Source: Harriotta raleighana
Lineage: Eukaryota
Assembly (NCBI GenBank): GCA_050575255.1
Contig: JBNZDD010013686.1
Coordinates: forward strand, 5,809,468-5,873,467
Length of the DNA: 64,000 bases
Direction: 5' to 3'
Part shown: piece after piece, positions 22,401-35,789 of the stretch
Numbering within the stretch: the stretch's first letter is position 1
How the letters are laid out: each line of letters opens with the position of its first letter
Translations under genes and position numbers: made by a program
The notes under the pieces: model-generated
What the model was told of the DNA's origin: nothing
Database searches by the model: none
The model's input: only the letters and a program-made list of their open reading frames with translations

Positions 22401-23237
22401 CACTGTGTGAACCTTGCCAGGCAGTGTCTACAGGCTGTAGTGGGTGTCACAGCCGAACTTGAGCTCTCCCCACCTCAACCCACGTTAGTGTCTGAGGTCG
22501 GTAAATTGAAACTTACAGTTTCATGCGACTGCATTTTTACTTCTGTGTTTCTCTGGTGCTTGATTCCCAGTATTCATGATGTGAAGAATGAGCTTAAAGT
22601 GCACTTTTGATTTAAAAATAAACTTGGAACAGGTCCCTGCATCTGAAGTGGTAGGACTGAGGGCAGGACTGAGTGAGTAGTTATATAAAAAAAACTCAAA
22701 ACAATTTTTTTTTCCACACACGTGATCGTTTTATTCGATTCAAAACGGCCATTTGGGTGATTGACGTTATTGGGAAACTTCTGTACCTTTTGAATTTTGA
22801 ATTTTTGTCTTATCAAACAGAGGAATGTTAACGCTTGGAAATACGATATGTTCCTATTTGAGGCACCCAGTGTCAGTCACAAACAGTGGTCGGTCTGGTA
22901 TTGCATGATTAGTTACAGAGTAAAAATTTCCCTGTGCTCAGTGTGCCCAATCTGCACCATTTTCACTTCCTACACCAGCCATCCTGTGACCTCTGGACAA
23001 GGCCACAACTGACCCAGTTGCCAAATTGTCCCAACAAGTGAATGAAACAGTTGAATGCAGTTTAAAAATATTTTCACTCAATGGTTCTTGCTTTCAGTTG
23101 TAATGATTTTTTTTTATTTAAAAAAAATCAAATGCCAAAGTTAATATTTGTTACTTTATGATTTGATTGTTTTCTGAAATTGAGAATAGTCACACAGCAG
23201 TAGGTAATACGGCAATTCTACTTAATAAATAGTACTA

Positions 23238-23525
23238 CTAATAATAATAATCCTTGAATTTGATATAGCGCTTTTCACGTCTTCTAAACATCTCAAATTG
23301 CTTCATGTAAAGGGAATTTACTGTGGGCGAAACATGGCAGCCAATTGGGCACAGCAGTGTCCCCAGAAACAGACTTGGACTGAAACGACCAATTTTCTTA
23401 CTTTTTTTGGGGGGGAGGGATTATTATTAGGCGTGTGGAGTAAGGAAACTTGCCCAAGGTTTTGCTCTGACTTGTATGGAACCACGCTTGGAAGGCAAGT
23501 GGTCTAACCACTGAGCTACCCTCCA
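23238..23525 (-). mobile_element. tRNA-derived Deu-core SINE
   Basis: Reverse-complement match to the family consensus. Confidence 0.88.
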
Positions 23526-25452
23526 TGTTAGGGTAAAAAACAAAGTAAAGTTGCTATTCCCTTTTGTTGAACTAAGCTCAGATGAATTGCCCATTCAAAT
23601 AAATTAGGCTTGACTGTAAAAATAAAATTTTGCCTGAATGTCCCAGTATCATCATTTTGTTCTGATTTACACTGGTTCCCACATACTTAACAAAAATATG
23701 AATTTGTTTGAAAGACTGATTTCTGCTTCATGGATTCTTTCCTCTTGTGTGTCCAACTTTCCTAATGTTTCGCAGGTTTTACAGTTCTAGAATCTGTTGT
23801 GGTTTTCCTGTGAGATGGAATATGAGTAAGCTATGAATCTCTTTGTGCCTAATTTGTTAATGCATTTAGAGTTCTTTGTATAAATTGCCAACAATTTAAA
23901 AGAATAAGTGCAACCAGCAGCTGCAGTATTGCAGATGTGGTGAGCCTTGAACAAGGAAGGTGATGGGTAAAGCTAAAGCTACTTCAGGTCAAATTAGGAA
24001 GTCCATATACTGTACTGTATATTCTTTTATTATAGTTTCTCAAAGAGGTGCCTTGTTAGTTGCATGTTCAGTGCCGAGAATTATCTTGTTTTAATAGAAA
24101 CAGCCCACACCAGTCTACAAAGCGATTACTGACAAAATAAAATACACCTGATCCCAGCCAGCCTTATCCACAGCTTCTTTTGAAGGACACAGCACTGTTG
24201 ACAGTATTACAGACCCTGCAACCTTGTGTGGAGGATGTTGTCGTGTGTCTTTAACAAACGTGTTATGAGAAAATAAACCCATCTATAATTGTTGAAGTGG
24301 TGAAGTTGGGGAATACTGTGTTGTGAGTCAGATTATTCGAAATACAAGCAAGCAGATTCTTAACAGTGTTTATGCAGGTGGTTGAATGTGTGAGCAGTTC
24401 TAGAGATCACTTTGAGTAAGCAGTAATGGCACTGGTAGGAATATGGTTCTTGTATTATCGGAAACAGTGTAATGAGAGTGAATCTGGGGCTATCTCATGA
24501 ACCTTGAAGGCAATTTCAGGTCGTTGATCTTATCTCAGACAAACAAGCCCGGAGCTGATTTGCTGCGGATTTGAACTTTCTTCTCCACTGAAACCTATTT
24601 CAGTTGCTACTTGAAAGAGTTTGGTCTGAAGTAGAACAGAACGGTTGTTCTACATTACTCAATCTCCAACAAGTGCTCCAAATATAGCTATCTGGATCAG
24701 CAGCCCACCGCACATCCCGTTTTGCTCAAGCCCCATTCTGTTGGAAGGGGAAGTTGTGACTAAAACTGCTTTGGACAGATAGCAGAAATGAGCTACTGTA
24801 TTAGGACATGTTGCTCTGGTATAGAGAATGATTGTTCATCTTTCTGATTGCTTAGAAGGCCCTCTTCAAGTGATTAATATTTACCGTCGCACATTCTTAA
24901 GTCGAACAGTAAAACAGAGGCTGTTTCAGCCTTTAGTGTCAAATTTGTTCTAATTGCAACAAGTGATGCGTTCAGCACTCCTCCATTTATCCCTCTCTTC
25001 CCCTCCCCACCCTGTTACGTTCTCTCCCTACATTCCTATCTAAGAGTTGGATCTGGCCTCATCACATCTCGACGTAATTATTCATAGTCTTGTAAACTTC
25101 AGTGTTTTTTTTAATATAAAACCACAACATGCAACTTCTGGCAAATAAGTTGATTGATCAATTATTATCACTAATTGTACGGTATATGAGTTTATATTCT
25201 AGCTTTGACGTAACCAGGGCCTGGTTTGGAATTCTGGGACTTTTCAGATACAATAATTCCTCTCGACTCCAATGAGTATGGAATGGATCTTGTTATAATG
25301 TCCTTGTTACAGTACTAATGTTCTGTCTGTTTTCATTTCTGTATTTGAGAATTATGAATAAAAAGCATTTTTTTTCTTTCCACAAAAAAAAGGCCGCAGC
25401 ATTTATTTCAGTGGTGGTTTCTCAAAAACCATCAGCATTGTTTCCCTCAGAA

Positions 25453-25766
25453 TATAATAATAATCCTTGCATTTGATATAGCGCTTTTTACATCTTCCAG
25501 ATGTCTCAAAGGGCTTCACAGAATATACTGTAAAGTGAATTGACTGTATATATGTGAGCAAAATGTGGCAGCCAATTGCACACAGCAGTGTCCCACAAAC
25601 AGTCGTGGATTGAAATGACCAATTTATTATAGTTTTTTTTTTGGTGGGACAGATTATTAGGCATGTGGAGTGAGAAAACTTGCCCAAGGTTTCGGCTTGC
25701 CTGGAATCGAACCCAGGTCTCTCGCTTGTAAGACGAGCGTGCTAACCATGGAACCAACGGACTCCA
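25453..25766 (-). mobile_element. tRNA-derived Deu-core SINE
   Basis: Reverse-complement match to the family consensus. Confidence 0.9.
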
Positions 25767-26674
25767 TTGTATCCCTCAGAAGCTTATACGCAGTGCCTAT
25801 ACTGCCAGGTCAGGAAAGTGATGGGTGGATAAAGTATTCTCTGCTGTGATAACCAGATAGGTTAGCTGGGCAAACTCAGTTCGCCTCCCCCACCAAAAAA
25901 AAACGCTCATCGGCTTCCACTGCTCAGAATGATGGTGATTCTCACAGGAAATTATTTGCTCTAAAAGCTGGTAGCAAACTGTAAATGAATTCACCCCTAT
26001 AACAGATTCTGAGCGCAGACGATCAGAAGCAACAGCCAGGCACCCTACCATGTGTCCAGTTTGAAGATGCAAATTCTGTGCATTTATCTCATAGATGTGT
26101 CATGCTCCTTCAACGCAGCTAGCCTATTCTGCTTTTGACTCGCTTCTAACAAGTGTGATGTTCTTCTTCAGTCCTCGAAGGGTTAACCGCGGTGAGATGT
26201 GTATCCTCTCAGTGCTCAAGATCAGATAAAGCAACATGAATATCTAGCTGATTTTTGATAAATCAAACCCTCTTTAAAACCGAGGAGCTTGCTAGTCTCA
26301 CAGTCTCTTTTATTTCCTTCAAATGATAGCAACCCAAACCTTAAAGTCATCTTTTTTTATTTCCCCAGATGAACTTTTAGCATAAAAGAAGTTCTGTGTC
26401 AAGTGTGATCTGTCCTCAGATACACTGTTTTATTTATTTTTCTCTCTCTGAGGGTAAACTGAAATGCTGAACAAATTGTTCCAACCGCTCCTCTCCTCTG
26501 CTCAGCAGGAAGGGACGAACAGAGCAGATGTCAATCTGGTTTTGTAAGTTAAATGTCTGGGTCTCAGCGATAAAAAAAATCATGTCTTGGTCAAACATTC
26601 TTGCGTTCTACGCTTGAAGATCCACATGCTCAAGGGCTGAATTTTCCACCTTTGGCCATCAGGTCTCACCTGAT

Positions 26675-27010
26675 CTTGTAGCTCGGAGGTTAGAACGCTC
26701 GTCATCATAACCAAGAGGACCCGGGTTCGATTCCCGGACAAGGCGAAACCGTAGGCAAGTTTCCTTACTCCACAGGCCTCTGTGTACCTGGCAGTAAACC
26801 GGAGCCCAGTCATTAGACGAGGGTGATAATCCCTCAAAAAAAGAAATGTGCTCACTCAATTCACAACTATATGCGGGACGCTGCTGTGCGCAATTGGCTG
26901 CTGAGTTTCTCCCACAAAATACACAGTCAGTTCACTTTACAGTATATTCTGTGAAGCACTTTGAGACGCGCTTGATTAGGCACTATAACAAACGCCAAGG
27001 ATTATTATCA
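26675..27010 (+). mobile_element. tRNA-derived Deu-core SINE, variant with extra internal segment
   Basis: Head gtagctcggaggttagaac...ggttcgattccc; extra ctctgtgtacctggcagtaaaccgg... segment after ccttactccac. Confidence 0.8.
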
Positions 27011-28008
27011 TATTCTTATTTTTATTATCTTAACTTTGAGAAAAATATTTGAGTCGGGGATGGAGGGGTTGGGGGGGGGCGTGGGGGGGGGGGGGGGGGG
27101 GNCGCCAAGGATTATTATCATATTCTTATTTTTATTATCTTAACTTTGAGAAAAATATTTGAGTCGGGGATGGAGGGGTTGGAGTGTTGGGCGTAGGGGG
27201 GGGGGGGGCGTGGTGGGGGGGGGGATGTGTGAATACATTCGAAACACATTTTATTATTTTGTTCCTGTTTTTTTGCTCTTGCACAAAAGAGCGTACCAAA
27301 TTTGATTGTCCTCTTGTTATATTTCTCTCCTCACCCCTCCCCCGCCCCCGCCCACCTCTCCCCATTATTAAGTGGAGGGGCTGACTCATGCTATTGTATT
27401 TTATTACCCACGAAGGTGCCTAAACCATAATGTACTTTAATTAGATAAACACACAGAGTCAAGCGATCGTGTCGAATGGAATCTCTCACCAGATAAAAGC
27501 GGCTGATTGTGTTCTGATGGAAAGCAGTGGTCTAATTGCATGCCGGGCGCTGATTCTGTGCAATCTCTGAAGACGTCGAGGGCATTGCGAGCGAACATTT
27601 CTATCAGCACAAATCAATGGGGAATCAGATTACATTCATCCCAGCCATTTTATAAACCCTGACATTATTCTTATTACTCTTATAAAGTGTAGTGACCATA
27701 TTTTGCAGGCCAAAACCCAGACTTATAAAAATGACTAGATTGGATGTGACTTTATTGGAGAAGCGAGCTGATAAATGACGCTGCATGGATTTGTGCAGTT
27801 TCTGGAGAATATGGTGGGGAATGTGAAGGGTGTGAAGAATATTCTCTTCCGCCCCCCCACCCACACACACAGATTCCCTTCCCATCCCCTGATTTTACTT
27901 CTCTTCTGTTCTTGACAATAGTGACTAGTGCTGCACTGTTGTTCCGTGGCTGGTCATCGATCACTCTCTGGTTTTCATTCGCATGAGATCAAAATCCATT
28001 CCAGCCCT

Positions 28009-28326
28009 TGTGGAGTCCTGTAGCTCAGTGGTTAGAGCATTCACAAGCGAGCGAGCTGGGTTCGATTCCAGGCAGGGCGAAACCTTGGACAAGTTTCCTT
28101 ACTTCATAGGCCTAATAATAATCTCTCCCAAAAAGACAACCAATAATAATTTGGTCACTCAATCCATGGCTGCTCGTGGGGACACTGCTGTGCGCAATTG
28201 GCTGCTGAGTTTCATCCACAAATATACAGTCAATTTACTTCACAGTATATTCTGTGAAGCGCTTTGAGACGTCGAGAAGACGTGAAGAGCGCTATATTAA
28301 ATGCAAGGATTATTCTTATTATTATT
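28009..28326 (+). mobile_element. tRNA-derived Deu-core SINE, full length
   Basis: gtggagtcctgtagctcagtggttagagc head through (ATT)n tail. Confidence 0.92.
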
Positions 28327-30701
28327 AGCTTCAGACAACATTTTGCAGAAGCAATGGAGAACTTGAAATGGGTTTGCATATTATCCCAGGCACACCCAGA
28401 GCCAGTCTTACTTAACTTTCCTTCCTGACCCAATGTGTTTAGGAAACATAGATACTACTCAGGGTAACACAGTGGGGTCTGTTTACCCACCGCAAAGACG
28501 CTTAAAGAGCTGTTATTTGTATTCAGTTAGAACATCTTCACAAGATTTCACTCTGTACATGTTTGTTGTTTTGTTGGAGGAATTAGTTTGTGCATTCATC
28601 TTTGTTAGTCAGATATTTTCTTGCTATCGGTGTGTATCATTCCGCATTTGTCCCCAGTGGGGCCAAAAAAGCAAGCGAGCAGCTACGGATCCACGTCTTC
28701 ACCACAAATATGAACAGTTGAAGACGTTGCACAAAAGCCTGGGACAATTTCCAGCTCTGTGAAGAAATGCGCGAACTGTTTTCGCCAAAACGTTCAGGAA
28801 ATGTGCAAGTATTTCTCAATGTCTGCTGCCCATGCGCGAGGCAGGATCTCCACAGTCTAATTGTGAAAGCCCACAGCTTCTCCTTTCACGAACACTATCT
28901 ACAATCGTTTTGCACTCTATGCTTGCTAAATGTTATTTTTCCTGCCAGCCGAATGCTTTGGTCTGTTAGTTGATGCACCGTTTACAACCAGGACGCAGGC
29001 AGTAATTATCATCTCCCCAAGCCTCTCACCTGAGCCTAATGCCCTTTCCGCTTTAGGTAATCCTAGACGCAATCCATTCCAGACATGGGGAAATTTCCAT
29101 TGGGGGTGGCAAAGGCAATATGTGGAAACTCTGGTTTGGATCCACTGGTTTGGAAACTCTTAAGCATACAGTTTCCCCATAGGACAGAAACCCACCCGAC
29201 TAACCCTCCCCCCAAAAAAGTTTCATTTTAACCAAATTGTACTTTAATTGGTGAAAGGCTGAAGATGTATATCACTGTTATTCAACAACAGATTCCTTAG
29301 ATTATCCCCCAAAAAATAATCTTCAAAGGCAGTGTGTCTCATTATAAAGCTCATCCCACTGTTTTTGTCTGGTGTGCAGGACAGTTTTGGAAGTCGAAGC
29401 TTTTAGTTTTGAACCTTAAGTTATATTTCAGGTTCTTTAAACTCACTTCGAAATGACCCAAACTCTCCCACTCACTGAATGAAATACTGTACCGTGGGGG
29501 TGAACTGTGAAGATAAGGCCCATCTGACAGCTTGGTGAAGTCAGGCTGTTTCTTGGCTGTTTCTTTAACTAACCTCAGATGTTAAACCACCCACACAAGT
29601 AACAAACGGCAGCTGAAATGTGCAGACCAGCACTTCACACAATGTTGTAGTAGTTGTCTTTTACTCAATTAACACATCGGAGCTAAATTTAATTATTTTT
29701 TTGGTCAAATAGCATGGTTTCTTTGTGTTAAAAACATGGTTTCTTTGTGTTAAAAGCTTCCTCATTGTACGCCCCTCTTCACAGTGTGCTTGTTTGCTTT
29801 TATTTTGTTCCACTTGCAGTGAGTTTAACTTTTTGTTCCTCAGTTTTGCTCTGAGAGATATATTTGCACTATGGCCGACTTATTAAATGAGAAATGATGG
29901 CTTGTGTTGTGTGCGTGTTTCTGAACAAATGGAAACTTCCAGTTCAAATGAGGACAAACACAAAGCTATGGGATGTCTCATCACACTCAATCACGAGTAG
30001 ATCTGTGGAGTTTTTTTCCTCCATAATATGTATGATAAATTGACACTAACAGCCTAGTAAAGATATATTTATGTATCAGTTGTGAATGATGAACATGTGG
30101 TACATGTATTTTGGTTCAGAAGTATTTCTTCAACTTACCCCACCTTCAAGACATCTCAAATCGCTACACAGGATATATGTACTGTCATGTGAATTCAATG
30201 TATATTTTATGGGCGGCAAAATAAAATGAGGGAACAAGAAGAAAGGTTGTGACAGGCAGAGACTAGATGGGAGGAAAAGTCTCACCTGTGAGATAGATAA
30301 GCACCTGGGAGGAACGAGTTGTGCTGTGGATTCTGAGCACTCACACAAGCAAAGCAAAATAAAGGCCATTCAGATAATTCTGATAAATCTTTAGTTTATT
30401 CCTTCATTTTGACTTCTTTCATCCTTCGTAAACGTTTGACAATGACATGATATATTTATACATACAATATGTTAGTATGTACATGATTAAAACCCATACC
30501 CAATGCACTTTGACATCGTCTAAACACACTCTGCAGATGGAAATACAGTACAGGATTTGGGTTTAAAAATGTTTAAGATCCAAATACTCAGAATAACCTA
30601 CATCACATTCAATTCACAGGCTATGGGGTTATATATTTGTATGTTTGAAGGTGATCACACTATCACAAGTCGTGAAGTCGTGCTCTGGTCTAGTTGCTTG
30701 T

Positions 30702-30792
30702 CAGCTCTGCGCTTGGGGTATTTGACAAACTGACACTCTTACGAACGGAGTGTCTGAATTCAGCTTGTCAAATACACTTAGCGTAGAAGCTG
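30702..30792 (-). ncRNA. MIR223: mir-223 precursor hairpin; mature 3p at 30714-30735, 5p at 30757-30778
   Basis: Reverse complement of 30714-30735 is TGTCAGTTTGTCAAATACCCCA, the canonical miR-223-3p. The 5p arm AGTGTATTTGACAAGCTGAATT pairs with it, and the flanks (cagctctgcgct / agcgtagaagctg) extend the stem. Confidence 0.97.
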
Positions 30793-31469
30793 CGATCAAC
30801 CGGTTGCTGATGTGAAGATTCCTCGCTCCGTCTTTGGTCCCCTTCGGATATCTGAAATGAAACTCGTTCAACTCGGCTATAAATCAAATACACAAACACT
30901 TGTAATGTAACTTTGACTTTCATCAGGCTGTCGATCCCCCAACCTATTGGAGAACTTGGAGCAGGTTGGCAAACTGGAGCGGTGAAACAAAACACTGTAC
31001 ACAGGGATGCTCGTCAATGGATTCTAACAATAAACATTGGACATCCCCCACCATTAAACCGTCAGTAGTTCATAAGATGGTTCATCAGATTACTTCAATC
31101 CTTCATTTGTCATCTGATCCTCTAAACCATTCATGTAGAATTTTGGCCATCAGTGCAGACTGATATTTTTTTTACTGAAGATTTTTTACTGAGTAAATTT
31201 GGCCGGGAGCAGTTCTGTTCAGACAATAATAAAGCTACAAGCGAGGGTGAAGGACAAAAAAAAATGAATGTGATAAAAACTATTAAGAGAAAAGAGGGGA
31301 AGATTTTGGGTTGGGGAAGCTGGGCTGAAAGTACAGTTGCGATCATTACTTTAAGGTAAAACTGTACATCTTTTAATCCTGTCATACCAAATATTTTCCC
31401 AATAAATGGTGGACAATGAGAGATGTTTAATTCCTTTGCTCAATTTGTTCTCTCGAGGATTTTCATTGA

Positions 31470-31996
31470 GATATGGAAACGCTTTAGGAAAGATATCAAA
31501 GCACTGGAAAGGGTGCAAAGGAGATTTACCAGGATGATACCAGGAATGAGGGATTTCAATTATGAGGAGAGGCGAGAAAAGATAGGATTGTTCTATTTAA
31601 AGCAGAGAAGGTTAAGAGGAGACTTAATAGAATTTAATCCAAAATTACGAGAGGATTCGGTAGGGTGAACAAGGAGAAACTATTCCCACTGGCGAATGGG
31701 TCGGTAACCCGAGGACACCAATTTAAAATAGTTGTTTAAAAAAAACAGAGGGGAAGTGAAGAGAAGTTTTTTCATGCAGTGAGTAATTTGGATCTGGAAT
31801 TCATTGCCTGAAAGGGTGGTGGAAACCGATTCGATAACAACTTTTCAGAGAGAAGTAGATAGTTATTTGGGGAGGACAGGTTTGCAGGGGGGGAGAGTGT
31901 GGGATTGATTTGGAAAGCTCTTTTCAAAGAGCCAGCACAGACACGATGGGCCGAATGGCCTCCTTTTGTGCTGCATAATTCTATGATTCTACGATT
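31470..31996 (+). mobile_element. CR1 LINE 3' end (ORF2 C-terminus and 3' UTR)
   Basis: KDIKALERVQRRFTRMIPGMRDFNYEER...RRLRGDLIE is typical of CR1 ORF2; ends gggccgaatggcctcc...(ATTCTATG) tail. Confidence 0.93.
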
Positions 31997-34669
31997 AAAT
32001 AAGAAAACAGGTTAATGATACGCTTTAAACATTTGTTGAGCGTTTGCAGTACAGATGTGCACTGACCAAACGTTGGATGATTTCAATCCTTTGCTATCTG
32101 CATTATCTTCTCCTCAATGTTACATCGCTGCGCAGGCATTGAAAGTTTACAGGGGAAAGGGGATGTAAAATTATGTCTTATCGGCATCACTGTGCTGAGG
32201 CTTTATGTACATTCGAGATGTTTATCTCTTATGTTTCCTATAAGACAACTTTAAAACATTTTTAAAAATGAAGCGAGACTAGAAACTGCAGCGAGTGACC
32301 ACATTGTTTGGTTATGTGTCAGAGAATTAAAAAGCGAACACTTATTTTCACTAACCCCACAGAAATTCATACCTCGTCTCAAGTCGTGCTCTCAGCAGTG
32401 GTACCTGGAACGCTGTTGGGTGTCTGGCAGAGAGAGGGCGAACCGGCTGCTGGTAATGAGGCAAACGATTTTTCGATCTCTTGGATGTCATTGGTTGTCC
32501 GAAATGGGAAGGCTGGTCATATCGAACTCACAAATCCTCAGGAGGAAGCTCGAAATGAGGAAGATAAGTCTTGAGGTTTGCTCACAGGAAATATCTGCTC
32601 GAGAAGTGACAGAGTCTGTTGCAAAAAACAGCTACTGTGAGAGAGGTTTGGGCTTTTGAAAAAGTTGTATAGCCGGAACTCATCTCTTTTCGAAAGGTTC
32701 ATACTGGTGGCTAGTTAATAAACCAGAAAAATTAATTCCGCCATTAAATCTTCTTTTTGACAAGCCTAGCCTCCTCCGCGTGTATTTGCTTCCATTTTGT
32801 ATTGGTGAGAAGATAAAATTAAACTTAAAAAAAAAGCTGATAAACTTAGGTCAAATGTGTCTCATTCAGAAGAGTAAAGAGAGTGTATTCCTAGCCTGAT
32901 TGTATTTTCAGACGAGCGCTCTCAAACTTTAGAGAACTTAAAATATCGGTGCAGGATATTCCATGAATTGAGAGAGAATTTTCATTGCAGTCATATGGAA
33001 GAAGTATTTTTGAAGGTTAAAGTATTCAAATCATTTTCGTGATAAGATTAGTTGTTGGGTTAGTGCAACCTTTCCCTGTGCTGGATAAAATAAAATGGGA
33101 CAAAACATTTAAGAATTGTGTCTCTCAGTCAGTTAACCCACTATTTGTCAGTTCATCCATGGAGGAATTTCGATGAGGACTAAAGGAACTGCAAATTTTT
33201 AAAATATCATATCACAAAAATGCACATTTTTATCTGGGTGCAAAAATAAGTTGTTTTTTTTGCGAGTCTGTTTTTTAATACACAATTATGGGGCAAAACT
33301 ATTTATACCACGTACATTGGGCCTAGGTGACAGAAATATGTTATTTCAACATCTGAGCTCTAGGGTTGCAGAGTCACCATCAAAGGGAAGTGCCAGTGTT
33401 AACCACAGCTGATCAGCCCTTGCACCTTGCTCAGTGAGAGTTGCTTAATGTTCATCCACTCAACATGGTACATGTAAAAAAGGGATGGTACTCATCACGG
33501 TGCTTCTCAAGAAAAAGCTCTCAAGATTGATTGCTTGTCATTTTGCTGTCATTTTGTTGTCATTTTGCAATTAAATGAGTTGACATTGCGCCTCCTGTCA
33601 TGGTGACATGCTTTAGCTGAATGGGGAAAAATAATGATAATAATTCTTGCCTTTGATATAGCGCTTTTCACGTCTGCTAAAATGTGCGAAATCAACAGAG
33701 CGGTTGTGTTCAATTCATCCAAAACCCCACCGAGTTTGTTAATCTCAACTGTGGCCAGCACTGTTAAGAAAGCCACGTCTCAGTCTAAAAAGACTCTGCC
33801 TCTCTATTTAATTAAAACAGTTTGCGAAGTTTAGTTGTATGGTCCTCAGAACAAGGGGGGAACTAGCCTTTGCACAGAAAGCTTATTAGAACACAGTACG
33901 CCTTGCCAGTAAAAGATGCCTTACGCAAATTTCATAGTAAGTTTCGAAAGGGAAATTGGACAAACTGATTCAAAAAATCCCTGGCTACTCCAAGGCAGGA
34001 TTATTAAATGCTTGCGTTCCCACCCAACACGAAAGGCACCACACTGCATAAACTGTCTTATGGAGTATTGATAAAGAAAGATACTGATGGTTGTGGGAAA
34101 GGGCTTCACAGAGAGACATCACAGGCAATAGCCTCAATTTTTATCCTGTAAAATTCTATTGAGGCAGCCTCTATATAGCACAATATATGATGAATTCCAC
34201 CCTGGACATTCTCCAGTCCGCTGGATCACCTCATTTGTTAGTTACTTAAGTGTTGCTGATTTACTTTGGTCCTTATTTTTGCCTCTTAGAGATTGGCAAA
34301 TGAGGGTTCAAGCCTGGTCTACAAGCTTTACACGACGTTTGCAAATGATTGAGAAATGCTGCATCTCCCTTGTTTCTCAGATGGTAACTGATAAAACCAA
34401 GAAGCTGTAGTTTTACTCTGACGGTTGAGCTTTGCTCCCTCTAGTGTCCTGTTGTCTTAGATGCAACCTTTTACTTTGCTTGGTTTTCATGTGGGAGTGA
34501 ATAGCACTTTCAAGAGTACCATAGTATAAAAGCCCTGCATGCCCAACACCGGTATCTAACCCAATTACCATTGCCCTTCCTATGAGGGTTGTTTGTTCAG
34601 CATCATGCCACAGGTACAATTAGGAGAGTGTTCAAGGCAGATAAACCCAGGCAACCTCCCAACCCCCTA

Positions 34670-34995
34670 CTAACCTGCCTTCTCCCTCCGCTCAGCTCCG
34701 GCCTGTTCCACATACCCCGATCCACCATTGGCGGGCGAGCCTTCAGCCACTCTGTCACCCAACTTCTGGAACCCCATTCCGCAGTTTTTCCACCTTGCCC
34801 CTTCCCTGGCCTCCTTCAAGTCCCGCCTCAAGACCCTCCTCTTCGATGGTCCCATCGCTCATCCCAAATCCCCTCCTTTCCCTCCACCCTCCCCGTCACC
34901 GACCCCAGCTCGGGTCTGAAACAATGACTGTCCAGCACCTTGGGACGTCCTCCTGACGTGAAAGGTGCTGCACAAGTATAATTTTGTTGTTGTAT
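34670..34995 (+). mobile_element. L2-clade LINE 3' fragment
   Basis: STIGGRAFS...WN.IP...SLASFKSRLKTLLF; tail gggacgtcctcctgacgtgaaagg...ttgttgttg. Confidence 0.88.
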
Positions 34996-35029
34996 ATCAG
35001 ATCCAGGGACTCAATGTTGTAGAGGCAGA

Positions 35030-35192
35030 TGGGACATTGGTTTAATATCTCATCTAAATGCGCCATCTCCTACAATGCAGCACTCCCCCAGTACAGTATT
35101 GAGGCATCGACCGAGAGACTGTGTACTCAATAGTTTCAACATAGTGCCTGAACCCAATACTTTCTGTCCAAGAGTGACTGAGCCAGGCTGAC
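35030..35192 (-). mobile_element. Older Deu-SINE (AmnSINE1/SacSINE1-like) 5' fragment
   Basis: Minus strand reads GGAGTGCTGCATTGTAGGAGATGGCGCATTTAGATGAGATATTAAACC. Confidence 0.65.
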
Positions 35193-35789
35193 AGCAGAGG
35201 AAATCGAAAAGTCTCAGTTCCTCTTTTCCTCAGATCTGTTCAAAAACAATGTAGAAAAATAAAAATTGCCTGGTTACAATCCAGTGCAGAAGGAAGAACT
35301 ACAACCCTTTTTATAACAACAACCACTTGCATTTACTTATCACCCCTTCACGAGGGATAGCGTCCCAGAGCGCTTGGGAGTGAGATGGGAAACAGACTGA
35401 ATTCCAATTTCCACAGGCTCAGTTTTATCCATGCATGAACAATCTCAGGCACGTTAGTATCCGTCTCAGCGTTTTTTGTCTAGTCTATTTTCTGCCACTT
35501 GCCTTTTCATTAAAACCGGTTTGATGTTCGAGAGATCCTGGTCTGTGCCTCCTCTGGGAAACATATTTTCTGCTGAAGAATGTTCCCATGCAGGAATTTT
35601 TTGACACTGGTCATGGGAATGTACAGCTAGGAGATGGGGTACACGACAAAAACAAGCAGCCAGTGTAACTGAACATTTCTGCAGTGCTTTCAGCCACCGA
35701 CCGACTGGTCTGTCAGCAAAACATCACGTCACAAAAATAAACGTTTCTCGGTATTTCTCAGAACAGAAAAATACCAACAGTTCCAAAAG

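Noticed and set aside
23007-23013. miR-223 7mer seed match AACTGAC downstream of the VSIG4-like stop
   Set aside because: A single 7-mer is expected by chance, and an AATAAA at 21432 may end the mRNA earlier.
26993-27182. Exact ~80-nt direct repeat (26993-27072 and 27103-27182) around poly-G and a single N at 27102
   Set aside because: Looks like unmerged overlapping contig ends at a gap; treated as an assembly artefact.
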